From: Acidobacteriota bacterium | GTDB lineage: Bacteria > Acidobacteriota > Thermoanaerobaculia > Gp7-AA8 | Assembly (NCBI GenBank): GCA_019244185.1 | Contig: JAFATB010000019.1 | Coordinates: 96,001 to 160,000, forward strand | Direction of reading: 5' to 3' | DNA length: 64,000 nt | In this document: positions 10,471 to 18,150 of the stretch, one piece after another | How positions within the stretch are numbered: position 1 is the first letter of the stretch | Layout: each line of letters opens with the position of its first letter | Position numbers and translations under genes: made by a program | Notes under the pieces: generated by a model | What the model was told of the DNA's origin: nothing | The model's input: only the letters and a program-made list of their open reading frames with translations | Database searches by the model: none

Positions 10471-12336
10471 ATGAGCATGATTCCCTGTTTACGCTGTAAA
10501 CAACAGATCGATTCGGAGTACGACCTCTGCCCGCACTGCGGCGAGAAGGTCACGCTCTTCCAGCGGACCTATTCGACGCGGCTGCTCGACGGCAAGTACC
10601 AGATCATCGACCGGCTCGGCGTCGGCGGCATGGGCGAGATCTTCAAGGTCCGCCACATCCATCTCAACGAGCTGCGCGTGATCAAGATCATGCGCCCGAA
10701 CGTGGCCGCGGACGATCAGGGGCTGCAGCGCTTCCTCCAGGAGGCGCGCACCTCGACCATGATCAAGCACAAGAACCTGGCCATGCTGTACGACTTCGCG
10801 CAGCTCGAAGACGGGTCGTACTACATGGTCTGGGAGTTCATCGACGGCACGAACATTCAGAAGTGGATCGCGCAGAACGGCGCGCTGCCGCCGCGCCTCA
10901 CCGTGGAGATCTCGATCCAGGCGCTGCACGGCCTCGATCACCTCCATTCCATGGGCTTGATTCACCGCGACGTCTCGCCCGAGAACATCATGCTGTCGCA
11001 GGACCATCACGGAAAGCTGCTCGTGAAGGTCATCGACTTCGGCATCGCCAAACAGCTAGCCGAAGGCGAAGGCGGCCAGGGTCTCACGCAGACCGGCATG
11101 TTCCTCGGAAAACTGAAGTATGCGTCGCCGGAACAGGCCGGCTTCCTCAAAGAGAACGAACACCTCGATCCGCGCAGCGATCTCTATTCGTTCGGCATCG
11201 TGATGTACGAGATGCTCGCCGGACGCGCGCCGTTCCAAGCCACGAACCCGCACGGCTACATCCTCAAGCACGTCACCGAGAAACCCGCGCCGATCGCGGA
11301 ACTGAACCCGGCATCGAAAGTGCCGCGGCAGCTCGAGGACGTGATCATGCGCTCGCTCGAGAAGAACCGCGACCAGCGCTTCGCCAGCGCCGCGGAGTTC
11401 GCGGAGACGCTCGAGGCGATCCGCGCGTCGATCCCGCCCGACACGAAGTACGGCCTCGGCGAGAAGATGGTCACGCTCTCCGGCGCGCAGACGCTCGCCG
11501 ATCTGCCGAAGATCACGACCACCGGTCCGTCCGCCACGTTCGGCGGCGCCGCGCAGACGCAGCAGACGCAGACCGGCGGTCCGCTTGCCGGCGGCACGAT
11601 GCCGGGCGGAACGATGCCCGGCGGAACGAACGTCGCGCCGCGCGTCGGTCCCGCCACCGGTCCCACCGGCACGCGCATCGCCGGCGATGAAGCGACCGTG
11701 ATGGAGCGCATGCCGCCGAAAGCCGGCAGCAACGAGCCGACGGTGATGGAGCGGCTCGGCACGCCCGGCGGCGCCGCGCCGACGTCCGTCGAAGCGAAGA
11801 TGCAGTGGAGCGACGCCACGCCGCCCGCCGAGCCGACGTTGCTCGAGCGGCAGTTCACCGGCGCCGCCACGCCGCCGCCCGCGAAGAAGAACAACGCCGT
11901 GCTCTTCGCCATCGCCGCCGTCGTCGTCATCGGCATCGCCGTCGGCGCCTTCATGATGACGCGCAAGCCGTCGCCCGCGCCGGTGGCGACGAACAGCGTC
12001 GCGCCGTCGGCGACCGAAGTCACCACGACCGGCGCGCCGAGCAACGCGCCCGTGCCTGCGGGCCAGGGACTGCTGCTGCTCTCCGCGTCGCCGTGGGGCG
12101 ATCTCGACAAGATCGTGAGCAAGCGCGATCAGCACGAGGTCGCGCTGAGCGACGACGCGCGCTCGACGCCCGCGCGCATTCCGCTCGAGCCGGGCTCGTA
12201 CAGCGTCACGCTCTCCGGTCCCGCCGGACAGAAGACGATCGACGTGCAGATCGAAGCCGGCAAACGCACTCCCCACAACATCGACATGGGCAACGTCGAC
12301 GTCGACGCCCTCGCGGAGGAAGTGAGCAAACCATGA
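10471..12336 (+). CDS. Zinc-ribbon Ser/Thr kinase with TM and PEGA-like extracytoplasmic domain
   Basis: CLRC..CPHC; GVGGMG, HRDVSPEN, DFG, YASPE; TM VLFAIAAVVVIGIAVGAFMM; TP..IPLEPGSYSVTL. Confidence 0.92.
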   Translation: MSMIPCLRCKQQIDSEYDLCPHCGEKVTLFQRTYSTRLLDGKYQIIDRLGVGGMGEIFKVRHIHLNELRVIKIMRPNVAADDQGLQRFLQEARTSTMIKHKNLAMLYDFAQLEDGSYYMVWEFIDGTNIQKWIAQNGALPPRLTVEISIQALHGLDHLHSMGLIHRDVSPENIMLSQDHHGKLLVKVIDFGIAKQLAEGEGGQGLTQTGMFLGKLKYASPEQAGFLKENEHLDPRSDLYSFGIVMYEMLAGRAPFQATNPHGYILKHVTEKPAPIAELNPASKVPRQLEDVIMRSLEKNRDQRFASAAEFAETLEAIRASIPPDTKYGLGEKMVTLSGAQTLADLPKITTTGPSATFGGAAQTQQTQTGGPLAGGTMPGGTMPGGTNVAPRVGPATGPTGTRIAGDEATVMERMPPKAGSNEPTVMERLGTPGGAAPTSVEAKMQWSDATPPAEPTLLERQFTGAATPPPAKKNNAVLFAIAAVVVIGIAVGAFMMTRKPSPAPVATNSVAPSATEVTTTGAPSNAPVPAGQGLLLLSASPWGDLDKIVSKRDQHEVALSDDARSTPARIPLEPGSYSVTLSGPAGQKTIDVQIEAGKRTPHNIDMGNVDVDALAEEVSKP

Positions 12337-13412
12337 ACCGCGTCCGACTCCTGTCGTTCCTCTTCGTCGCGCTCGCCGTCGCGGGCGCGGCGCAGGCTTC
12401 GTGGTACGACGATTACGACGCCGGCATCGCCGCGGCGCGCAAAGGCAACTGGAGCGTCGCGCAGCAGAAGATGTCCGCGGCGATCAAAGGCAACGCGACC
12501 GAGAGCAACAAGGCGCGCACCTACGGCGCGATCTTCATCAACTATCACCCGTACTACTACCGCGGCGTCGCCAACCTGAACCTCGGCAACTACCAGGACG
12601 CGATCAACGATCTCGAGAAGACCGCCGGCCCCGGCGAGCTCGATCTCGGTCCGATTGCGTGGCACCTCGATCGCGCGAAGACGAAGCTCGCCGCGAACGA
12701 CAACACGCCGTCGACGCCGCAGCCCGAGCCCGCCCGGCCCACGCCCGCGGCGCCGACACCGACGCCTGCCGCACCCGTCGTGACGACGCCCGCCGTGCCG
12801 TCGATCGATCCCGCGCTGCGCCAGCGCGCGACGTCGGCGCTCGGCACCGCGCGCCAGAAGCTGCAGGCCGCGCAGCAGCGCCGCGCCACGAGCTCGCAGC
12901 AGTACACGCAGGCGATGTCGATGTTCACCGACGCGACGACGCGCAGCGCGTCCGCGCGTTCGAACGACGACTGGAGCGCGATCGCATCGATGGCCGAGAA
13001 CGCGGGCGTACTCGCCGATCTCGCCACGCCGCCGAGCGCGATCCCGTCGACGAATCCCGCCACGCCGTCGCCCGCGCTCATGCCGAAGCCGGCCGCCGCG
13101 ACCGACATCGTGCTCGCCGACTACAAGGCGCAACTGCGCCGCGCTCTGGAGAACTACTTCGCCGGCGAGTTCGAGTCGGCCTCGCGCGACTTCGAAGACC
13201 TCACGCGCAAGCTTCCGGGCAACGCGTGGATCTGGGCGTTCCTCGGCGCGTCGCAGTATTCGCAGTACGCGTTCGAAGCGGACGACGCGTATCGCACGAA
13301 GGCGACGCACGCGTTCCGCAGAGCGAAGCAGTTGCGCACGTGGAGAGACGGGCTGCCGTCGAAGTACTTCTCGCGGCGCATCCGCAAGGCGTTCAGCGAG
13401 ACGGCCGGCTAG
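12333..13412 (+). CDS. Secreted TPR-like protein with Pro/Thr linker
   Basis: Signal peptide ending AQA; helical repeats such as YYYRGVANLNLGNYQDAINDLE; ATGA overlap with the kinase stop. Confidence 0.75.
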   Translation: MNRVRLLSFLFVALAVAGAAQASWYDDYDAGIAAARKGNWSVAQQKMSAAIKGNATESNKARTYGAIFINYHPYYYRGVANLNLGNYQDAINDLEKTAGPGELDLGPIAWHLDRAKTKLAANDNTPSTPQPEPARPTPAAPTPTPAAPVVTTPAVPSIDPALRQRATSALGTARQKLQAAQQRRATSSQQYTQAMSMFTDATTRSASARSNDDWSAIASMAENAGVLADLATPPSAIPSTNPATPSPALMPKPAAATDIVLADYKAQLRRALENYFAGEFESASRDFEDLTRKLPGNAWIWAFLGASQYSQYAFEADDAYRTKATHAFRRAKQLRTWRDGLPSKYFSRRIRKAFSETAG

Positions 13413-13446
13413 CGAACCTGGGCGGCGAGCGCGCGCGTCGCCGCGA

Positions 13447-13479
13447 AGGTGTCATTCCGCGTTCCGCGGAATGACACCT
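13447..13479. terminator. Perfect 15-bp hairpin between convergent genes
   Basis: AGGTGTCATTCCGCG-ttc-CGCGGAATGACACCT. Confidence 0.65.
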
Positions 13480-13498
13480 CAACGCGATGCTTCGTTCG

Positions 13499-14362
13499 TT
13501 ACTCGACGCTCGAATCGTCGGAACCGCTGCTGCCGTTGCCGCCGCCGTTCCCGCCGTTCCCGTTGCCGCCATTGCCGCTGTCGCTGCCGATCGACGGCAC
13601 GACCGAGGCCGCGACTTCGCGGACCGAATCGACTACGCGGCTGACCGCTTCGCGCGCGCGAGCGGCGACGCCGCCGCCACTCGAACGCTTGGCACTGCTG
13701 CCGCCACGCGATGACTTCGAACCGCCGCGCGATCCGGCCGACGACTTGGAGCCGCCGCGAGACGCTGCTGCGCCACGCGAGGCCGCCGACGACTTCGAAC
13801 CGCCGCGAGCTCCGCCCTTGGACGAGCCGCCCTTCGACGAGCCAGCCTTCGACGCTCCGGCCTTCGACGCTCCGGCCTTCGACGCTCCGCCCCGCGCTCC
13901 GCCTTTCGACGAACCGCCGCGCGAGGCAGCCGACGAATTCGAGCTACCGCCGCGGGAAGCCGCTCCGCCGCGCGAGGCCGCGGACGACTTCGAGCCGCCG
14001 CGCGCTCCGCCCTTGGACGAGGTGCCCTTCGACGAGCTGCCCTTCGAGGAACCGCCCTTCGATGCGCTGCCCTTCGATGCACTGCCCTTCGAGGAGCCGC
14101 CGCGCGAGGCCGCGGACGACTTCGAGCCGCCGCGCGCTCCGCCCTTCGACGCCGCGCCGCGCGAGGCGGCCGACGCCTTCGAAGCGGACTTCGACGACGA
14201 CGACTTGGAGGACGACTTCGACGAGGACTTGCTACCGCCGCCGCCGCTCTTCGAGGATTTGCTCGACGGACTCGACTTGCTCGAGCTTTTCGCCGAGGAC
14301 TTCGTGCCCTTCGAGCCGCCACCCTTCGACGACTTCGATGCACTCTTCTTTGCTGCAGCCAT
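13499..14362 (-). CDS. Highly basic Ser/Gly/Lys/Ala/Arg low-complexity repeat protein (histone H1-like / RGG-type)
   Basis: CAGGAG RBS before ATG; repeated SKGGARGGSKSSAASRG units. Confidence 0.65.
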   Translation of the reverse strand: MAAAKKSASKSSKGGGSKGTKSSAKSSSKSSPSSKSSKSGGGGSKSSSKSSSKSSSSKSASKASAASRGAASKGGARGGSKSSAASRGGSSKGSASKGSASKGGSSKGSSSKGTSSKGGARGGSKSSAASRGGAASRGGSSNSSAASRGGSSKGGARGGASKAGASKAGASKAGSSKGGSSKGGARGGSKSSAASRGAAASRGGSKSSAGSRGGSKSSRGGSSAKRSSGGGVAARAREAVSRVVDSVREVAASVVPSIGSDSGNGGNGNGGNGGGNGSSGSDDSSVE

Positions 14363-14480
14363 GTGAGTTTCTCCTGTTCAAAAGTTACCGGGTGGGGGAG
14401 CCGTACTTTTTGTCCAGAGATCGCTGCAAGGGACGCAACCCGGTGTACGAGTTGCACGAAAACCAATGTAGACGAACGCA

Positions 14481-16634
14481 ATGCGATTGTCACGCCCGGC
14501 CCGCCTCGCACGTTGGATGCTGCCGTTTGCGGTCGCGCTGTTTCTCGCGATCGAGACGTTCTGCATTTACATTTTCGTGCTCGACGTGCGCATGATGCGC
14601 GCGCTCGGCAGCCGCAGCTGGCGCCGTCCGACGATCCTCGCCACCGACGCCGGCGGCCGCACGCGCGAGTTCGCGCGCGTGTACGGCGTCGACTGGCGCG
14701 TCACGCCGCCGGTGCTCATCGAGACGCTGCCGCCGCACGTCGCCGACGCCTTCCTCGCCGCCGAAGACGTGCGCTTCCGCCACCACATCGGCGTCGATCC
14801 GGTCGGCATCGCGCGCGCGCTCCTCACCAACGTGCGCGCGGGCGGCATCGCACAAGGCGGCTCGACCATCACGCAGCAGATCGTCAAACAGCGCTTCCTG
14901 ACGCAGGAGCGCACGTGGTCGCGCAAGATCGTGGAAGGCATCCTCGCCGTCGTGCTCGACGCGCGTCTCTCGAAAGACGACATCCTCGAGCTCTACCTCA
15001 ACGACGTCTACCTTGGACATCACGCAGGCGCGGCGATCCTCGGCATCGACGAAGCCTCGCGTCTCTACTTCGACAAGCCGCCGCGTTTGCTGCGCGTCGA
15101 CGAGGCGGCGCTGCTCGCGGGGATGATCCGCGCGCCGAATCGCGACAATCCGGAGAAACGCCCCGACCTCGTGCGCGCGCGCCGCGACGCGATCCTCGGC
15201 GTCATGCGCGACCATCACTGGATCGACGACGCGGAGTATCGCGCCGCCGTCGCGCAGCAGGCCGACGTCTCGCGCGGCGCGCTGCCGGAGACGCCGTATC
15301 CGTATTACCTCCGCGCGTTGCGCACGGAGTTCGTACGCGAGCTCGGTGAACGCGTGCTCGCCGAAGGCGGCCTCACCATCGTCTGCGAGCTCGATCCCGC
15401 GGCGCAGCGCGCGGCCGAACGCGAGGCGCAGCGCGGCGTGGCGCGGCTCGAAGCGCGCTACTCGTGGATCCGCCAGCAGTCGCGCACCGATCCGCTGCAG
15501 GTGGCGATCCTCACCGTCGATCCGCGCAACGGCGGCGTGCGCGCGCTCGTCGGCGGCGCCGACTTTCATCGCTCGCCGTTCGACCGCACCTGGCAGATGC
15601 GCCGCCAGCCCGGCTCCGCGTTCAAGTCGTTCGCGTATCTCGCCGCGATCGCGTCGAAGCGCGCCACGCCGGCGACGCTGCTCCTCGACGCGCCGTTGCG
15701 CGTGGAGCTGAGCAGCGATGAAGTGTGGGAGCCGCAGAACTACGATCAGAACTATCGCGGCCGCGTGACGCTGCGCGAATCGTTCGAACGCTCGCTCAAC
15801 GTGCCGACCGTGCGGCTCACCGAACAGATCGGCCTGCGGCGCGTGGTCGGCGCGGCGAAGGACTTCGGCTTCCAGGACATCCAGTCGATTCCCGCGCTGC
15901 CACTCGGCGTCGTCGAAGTCACGATGCGCGAGCTCACCGCCGCATACACCGCGTTCCCGAACCTCGGCCAGCGCGTCGAGCCATTCCTCCTGCAGCGCGT
16001 CGCGAACCGCAACGGCAAGGTGCTGTACGAACACGAGCTGAAGTCGAAGCGCGTCGTCGACGCCGCGCCCGCGTACGTTTTGCACACGCTGCTGCGCGGC
16101 GTCGTGCGCCGCGGCACCGCCACGCGACTGCGCCGCTACGGCCTCGGCTACGTGGCCGGCAAGACCGGTACGACGAACGACTATCGCGACGCGTGGTTCG
16201 TCGGCTACACCGCCGACGCCGTGTCGACGGTCTGGGTCGGCTACGACCGCGGCGCGCCGCTGCGGCTCTCGTCGTCGGAAGCCGCGATTCCGATCTGGGG
16301 TGCGTACATGAGCGCCACGCCACACCAGCCGTCGAATCCGAAGCCGCCCGCCGGCGTCACGTTCCGCGACATCGATCCGGAGTCGGGGATGCTGTGGCAG
16401 GACGGCTGTCCCGGTCCGATCCGCGAAGTGTTTCTCGACGGCACCGCGCCGACGCGCCGCTGTCCGCGCGGCATCTTCGGACGCATCGTGCGCCGCGTGC
16501 TGTTCGATGAAGATCACTTCGACGAGCCGCCCGCGATCACGTTCGAGCAGTTCCGCCGCTGGGCGAACGAAGTCGACCGCAACCGGCAGGACGTCGAAGG
16601 CGCGCTCGACAAACTGCGGCGCTGGTTCCATTGA
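14481..16634 (+). CDS. Class A penicillin-binding protein (transglycosylase-transpeptidase)
   Basis: AEDVRF..H.GVD, QGGSTITQQ, RKIVE; SxxK (PGSAFK), SLN, KTG. Confidence 0.93.
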   Translation: MRLSRPARLARWMLPFAVALFLAIETFCIYIFVLDVRMMRALGSRSWRRPTILATDAGGRTREFARVYGVDWRVTPPVLIETLPPHVADAFLAAEDVRFRHHIGVDPVGIARALLTNVRAGGIAQGGSTITQQIVKQRFLTQERTWSRKIVEGILAVVLDARLSKDDILELYLNDVYLGHHAGAAILGIDEASRLYFDKPPRLLRVDEAALLAGMIRAPNRDNPEKRPDLVRARRDAILGVMRDHHWIDDAEYRAAVAQQADVSRGALPETPYPYYLRALRTEFVRELGERVLAEGGLTIVCELDPAAQRAAEREAQRGVARLEARYSWIRQQSRTDPLQVAILTVDPRNGGVRALVGGADFHRSPFDRTWQMRRQPGSAFKSFAYLAAIASKRATPATLLLDAPLRVELSSDEVWEPQNYDQNYRGRVTLRESFERSLNVPTVRLTEQIGLRRVVGAAKDFGFQDIQSIPALPLGVVEVTMRELTAAYTAFPNLGQRVEPFLLQRVANRNGKVLYEHELKSKRVVDAAPAYVLHTLLRGVVRRGTATRLRRYGLGYVAGKTGTTNDYRDAWFVGYTADAVSTVWVGYDRGAPLRLSSSEAAIPIWGAYMSATPHQPSNPKPPAGVTFRDIDPESGMLWQDGCPGPIREVFLDGTAPTRRCPRGIFGRIVRRVLFDEDHFDEPPAITFEQFRRWANEVDRNRQDVEGALDKLRRWFH

Positions 16635-16687
16635 TCGCGCTTAAAACCGTGCAAGACGCCGCGCGCGCGGATCGCTACGGTATGCGC

Positions 16688-18001
16688 ATGAAACGCCTCC
16701 TGTTCCTTGCGCTCCTCGCGACCACTGCCGCCGCCGACACGCCGATCGCCGCGACCGCACGAGCGCACGTCGTCGACGAGATCGCGCGGCAGATCACCGC
16801 GCGTTACGTGCTCGTCGACGCCGCGCCGAAGATCGCCGCCGCTCTGCGCGCGCGGACATACGACGACGCCACGACCGCGGAAGCGTTCGCGCGCGCGCTC
16901 ACCGACGATCTGCGCACGATCGGAAACGACCTCCATTTCGCCGTCGAATTCGATCCCGCGCGCGAACAGCGCCTGCGCGCCGCCGGCGCCGGCACGTTGC
17001 GCAAACTTCCCGACGTGCCGCCTACGCCCGACGAGCTCGAGTCGATGCGGCGTGCGAACTACGGATTCCGTAGTAGCTCGATCCTCGAAGGCAACGTCGG
17101 CTATCTCGAGCTGACGACGTTCGAAGACCTCGCGCGCTCGCGCGAGACCGCCGTCGCGGCGATGCAGTTCCTCGCGCACACCGACGCGCTCATCGTCGAT
17201 CTGCGCCGCAATCCCGGCGGCAGCGGCAACCTCGTGTCGTTTCTCCAGAGCTACTTCCTCCCGCCCGATACGCGCCTCGGCGCGATGTTCGACCGCGAGA
17301 CCGGCAAGACCACCGAAGGCCGCACGCTGCGCGCGATTCCGGGCGCGCGGCGCCTCGACATCCCGCTCTACATCCTCGCCGGACCCGGCACCGGCTCCGC
17401 GGCGGAAGCCTTCGCATTCGGCCTGCAGCTGCGCGGACGCGCGCGCATCGCCGGCGAGAAAACGTCGGGCGCGGCGCAGGGCGGCGGGTGGGTGCCGGCG
17501 GCGGAAGGCTTCGTCGTCTTCATCCCGACGTTCCGCGCGTTCGATCCAGCGACTGGGAAAACGTGGGAGCGCGTCGGCGTGCAGCCCGATCTCGCCGCGC
17601 CGGTCGAGCGCGCGCTCGCGGTCGCGCATCTCGACGCCGTGAACGCGCTCGCGGAGCACGCGAGCGACGACCGCAAACGCGAGCTGCACTGGCTCGCGGC
17701 GCTGCTCGACGTCGACGCGCACGGCGCGAAGCCGCTCGACGCGAACGACGCCGGCGCGATCGTCGGCCACTATCGCGGTATCGAGATCGAACGCGACGGC
17801 GATGCGCTCACCTTCCTCGGCGCGAGCGGCGTGAAACGCACGCTCATCCCGCTCGGCGACGGCACGTTCCTCATCGAAGACCGTTCCGTTCCGCGCATGA
17901 ATCAGGCGCGCGTGCGCTTCGTGCGCGACGATGCCGGACGCGTGAACGGACTCGAGCTCCTCACCGTGAGCGGGCAGGTGCTTCCGCGCCCGCGGCTTTG
18001 A
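16688..18001 (+). CDS. S41 family peptidase (IRBP-like), secreted
   Basis: Signal peptide MKRLLFLALLA; NVGYLEL, LIVDLRRNPGG, TGSAAEAFA, GEKTSG, WERVGVQPD. Confidence 0.9.
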   Translation: MKRLLFLALLATTAAADTPIAATARAHVVDEIARQITARYVLVDAAPKIAAALRARTYDDATTAEAFARALTDDLRTIGNDLHFAVEFDPAREQRLRAAGAGTLRKLPDVPPTPDELESMRRANYGFRSSSILEGNVGYLELTTFEDLARSRETAVAAMQFLAHTDALIVDLRRNPGGSGNLVSFLQSYFLPPDTRLGAMFDRETGKTTEGRTLRAIPGARRLDIPLYILAGPGTGSAAEAFAFGLQLRGRARIAGEKTSGAAQGGGWVPAAEGFVVFIPTFRAFDPATGKTWERVGVQPDLAAPVERALAVAHLDAVNALAEHASDDRKRELHWLAALLDVDAHGAKPLDANDAGAIVGHYRGIEIERDGDALTFLGASGVKRTLIPLGDGTFLIEDRSVPRMNQARVRFVRDDAGRVNGLELLTVSGQVLPRPRL

Positions 18002-18026
18002 CAAACACGCCGCACGGTTCTACATT
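17998..18026 (+). promoter_or_regulatory. Sigma70 promoter of the yitJ leader
   Basis: TTGACA (17998-18003), 17-nt spacer, TACATT (18021-18026). Confidence 0.8.
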
Positions 18027-18031
18027 GCGAA

Positions 18032-18086
18032 TCGCTGGATTGATTTGGGGCCGCTTGCAACCAGCTTAAAAAAAGCTAAATCGCCG
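18032..18086 (+). ncRNA. SAM-II (SAM-alpha)-like riboswitch aptamer
   Basis: P1 GCTGG/CCAGC flanking TGATTT..GCTTGCA, followed by an A-run and GCTAAA, as in the SAM-II consensus; upstream of a Met-synthesis gene. Confidence 0.75.
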
Positions 18087-18114
18087 GCAAGTCGAACGCA
18101 TCGCATTCGAATCG

Positions 18115-18150
18115 GCCCCACGTCCTTCCGGCGTGGGGCTTTGTCTTTTT
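18115..18150 (+). terminator. Riboswitch-controlled intrinsic terminator
   Basis: GCCCCACG-loop-CGTGGGGC followed by TTTGTCTTTTT. Confidence 0.8.

Noticed and set aside
3993-13412. FHA/kinase/PP2C cluster as a T6SS locus
   Set aside because: No tssB/C, hcp, vgrG, tssM or clpV in the window.
13449-14366. 305-aa Pro/Asp/Phe-rich ORF on the + strand
   Set aside because: Antisense shadow of the repetitive basic protein; the RBS supports the minus strand.
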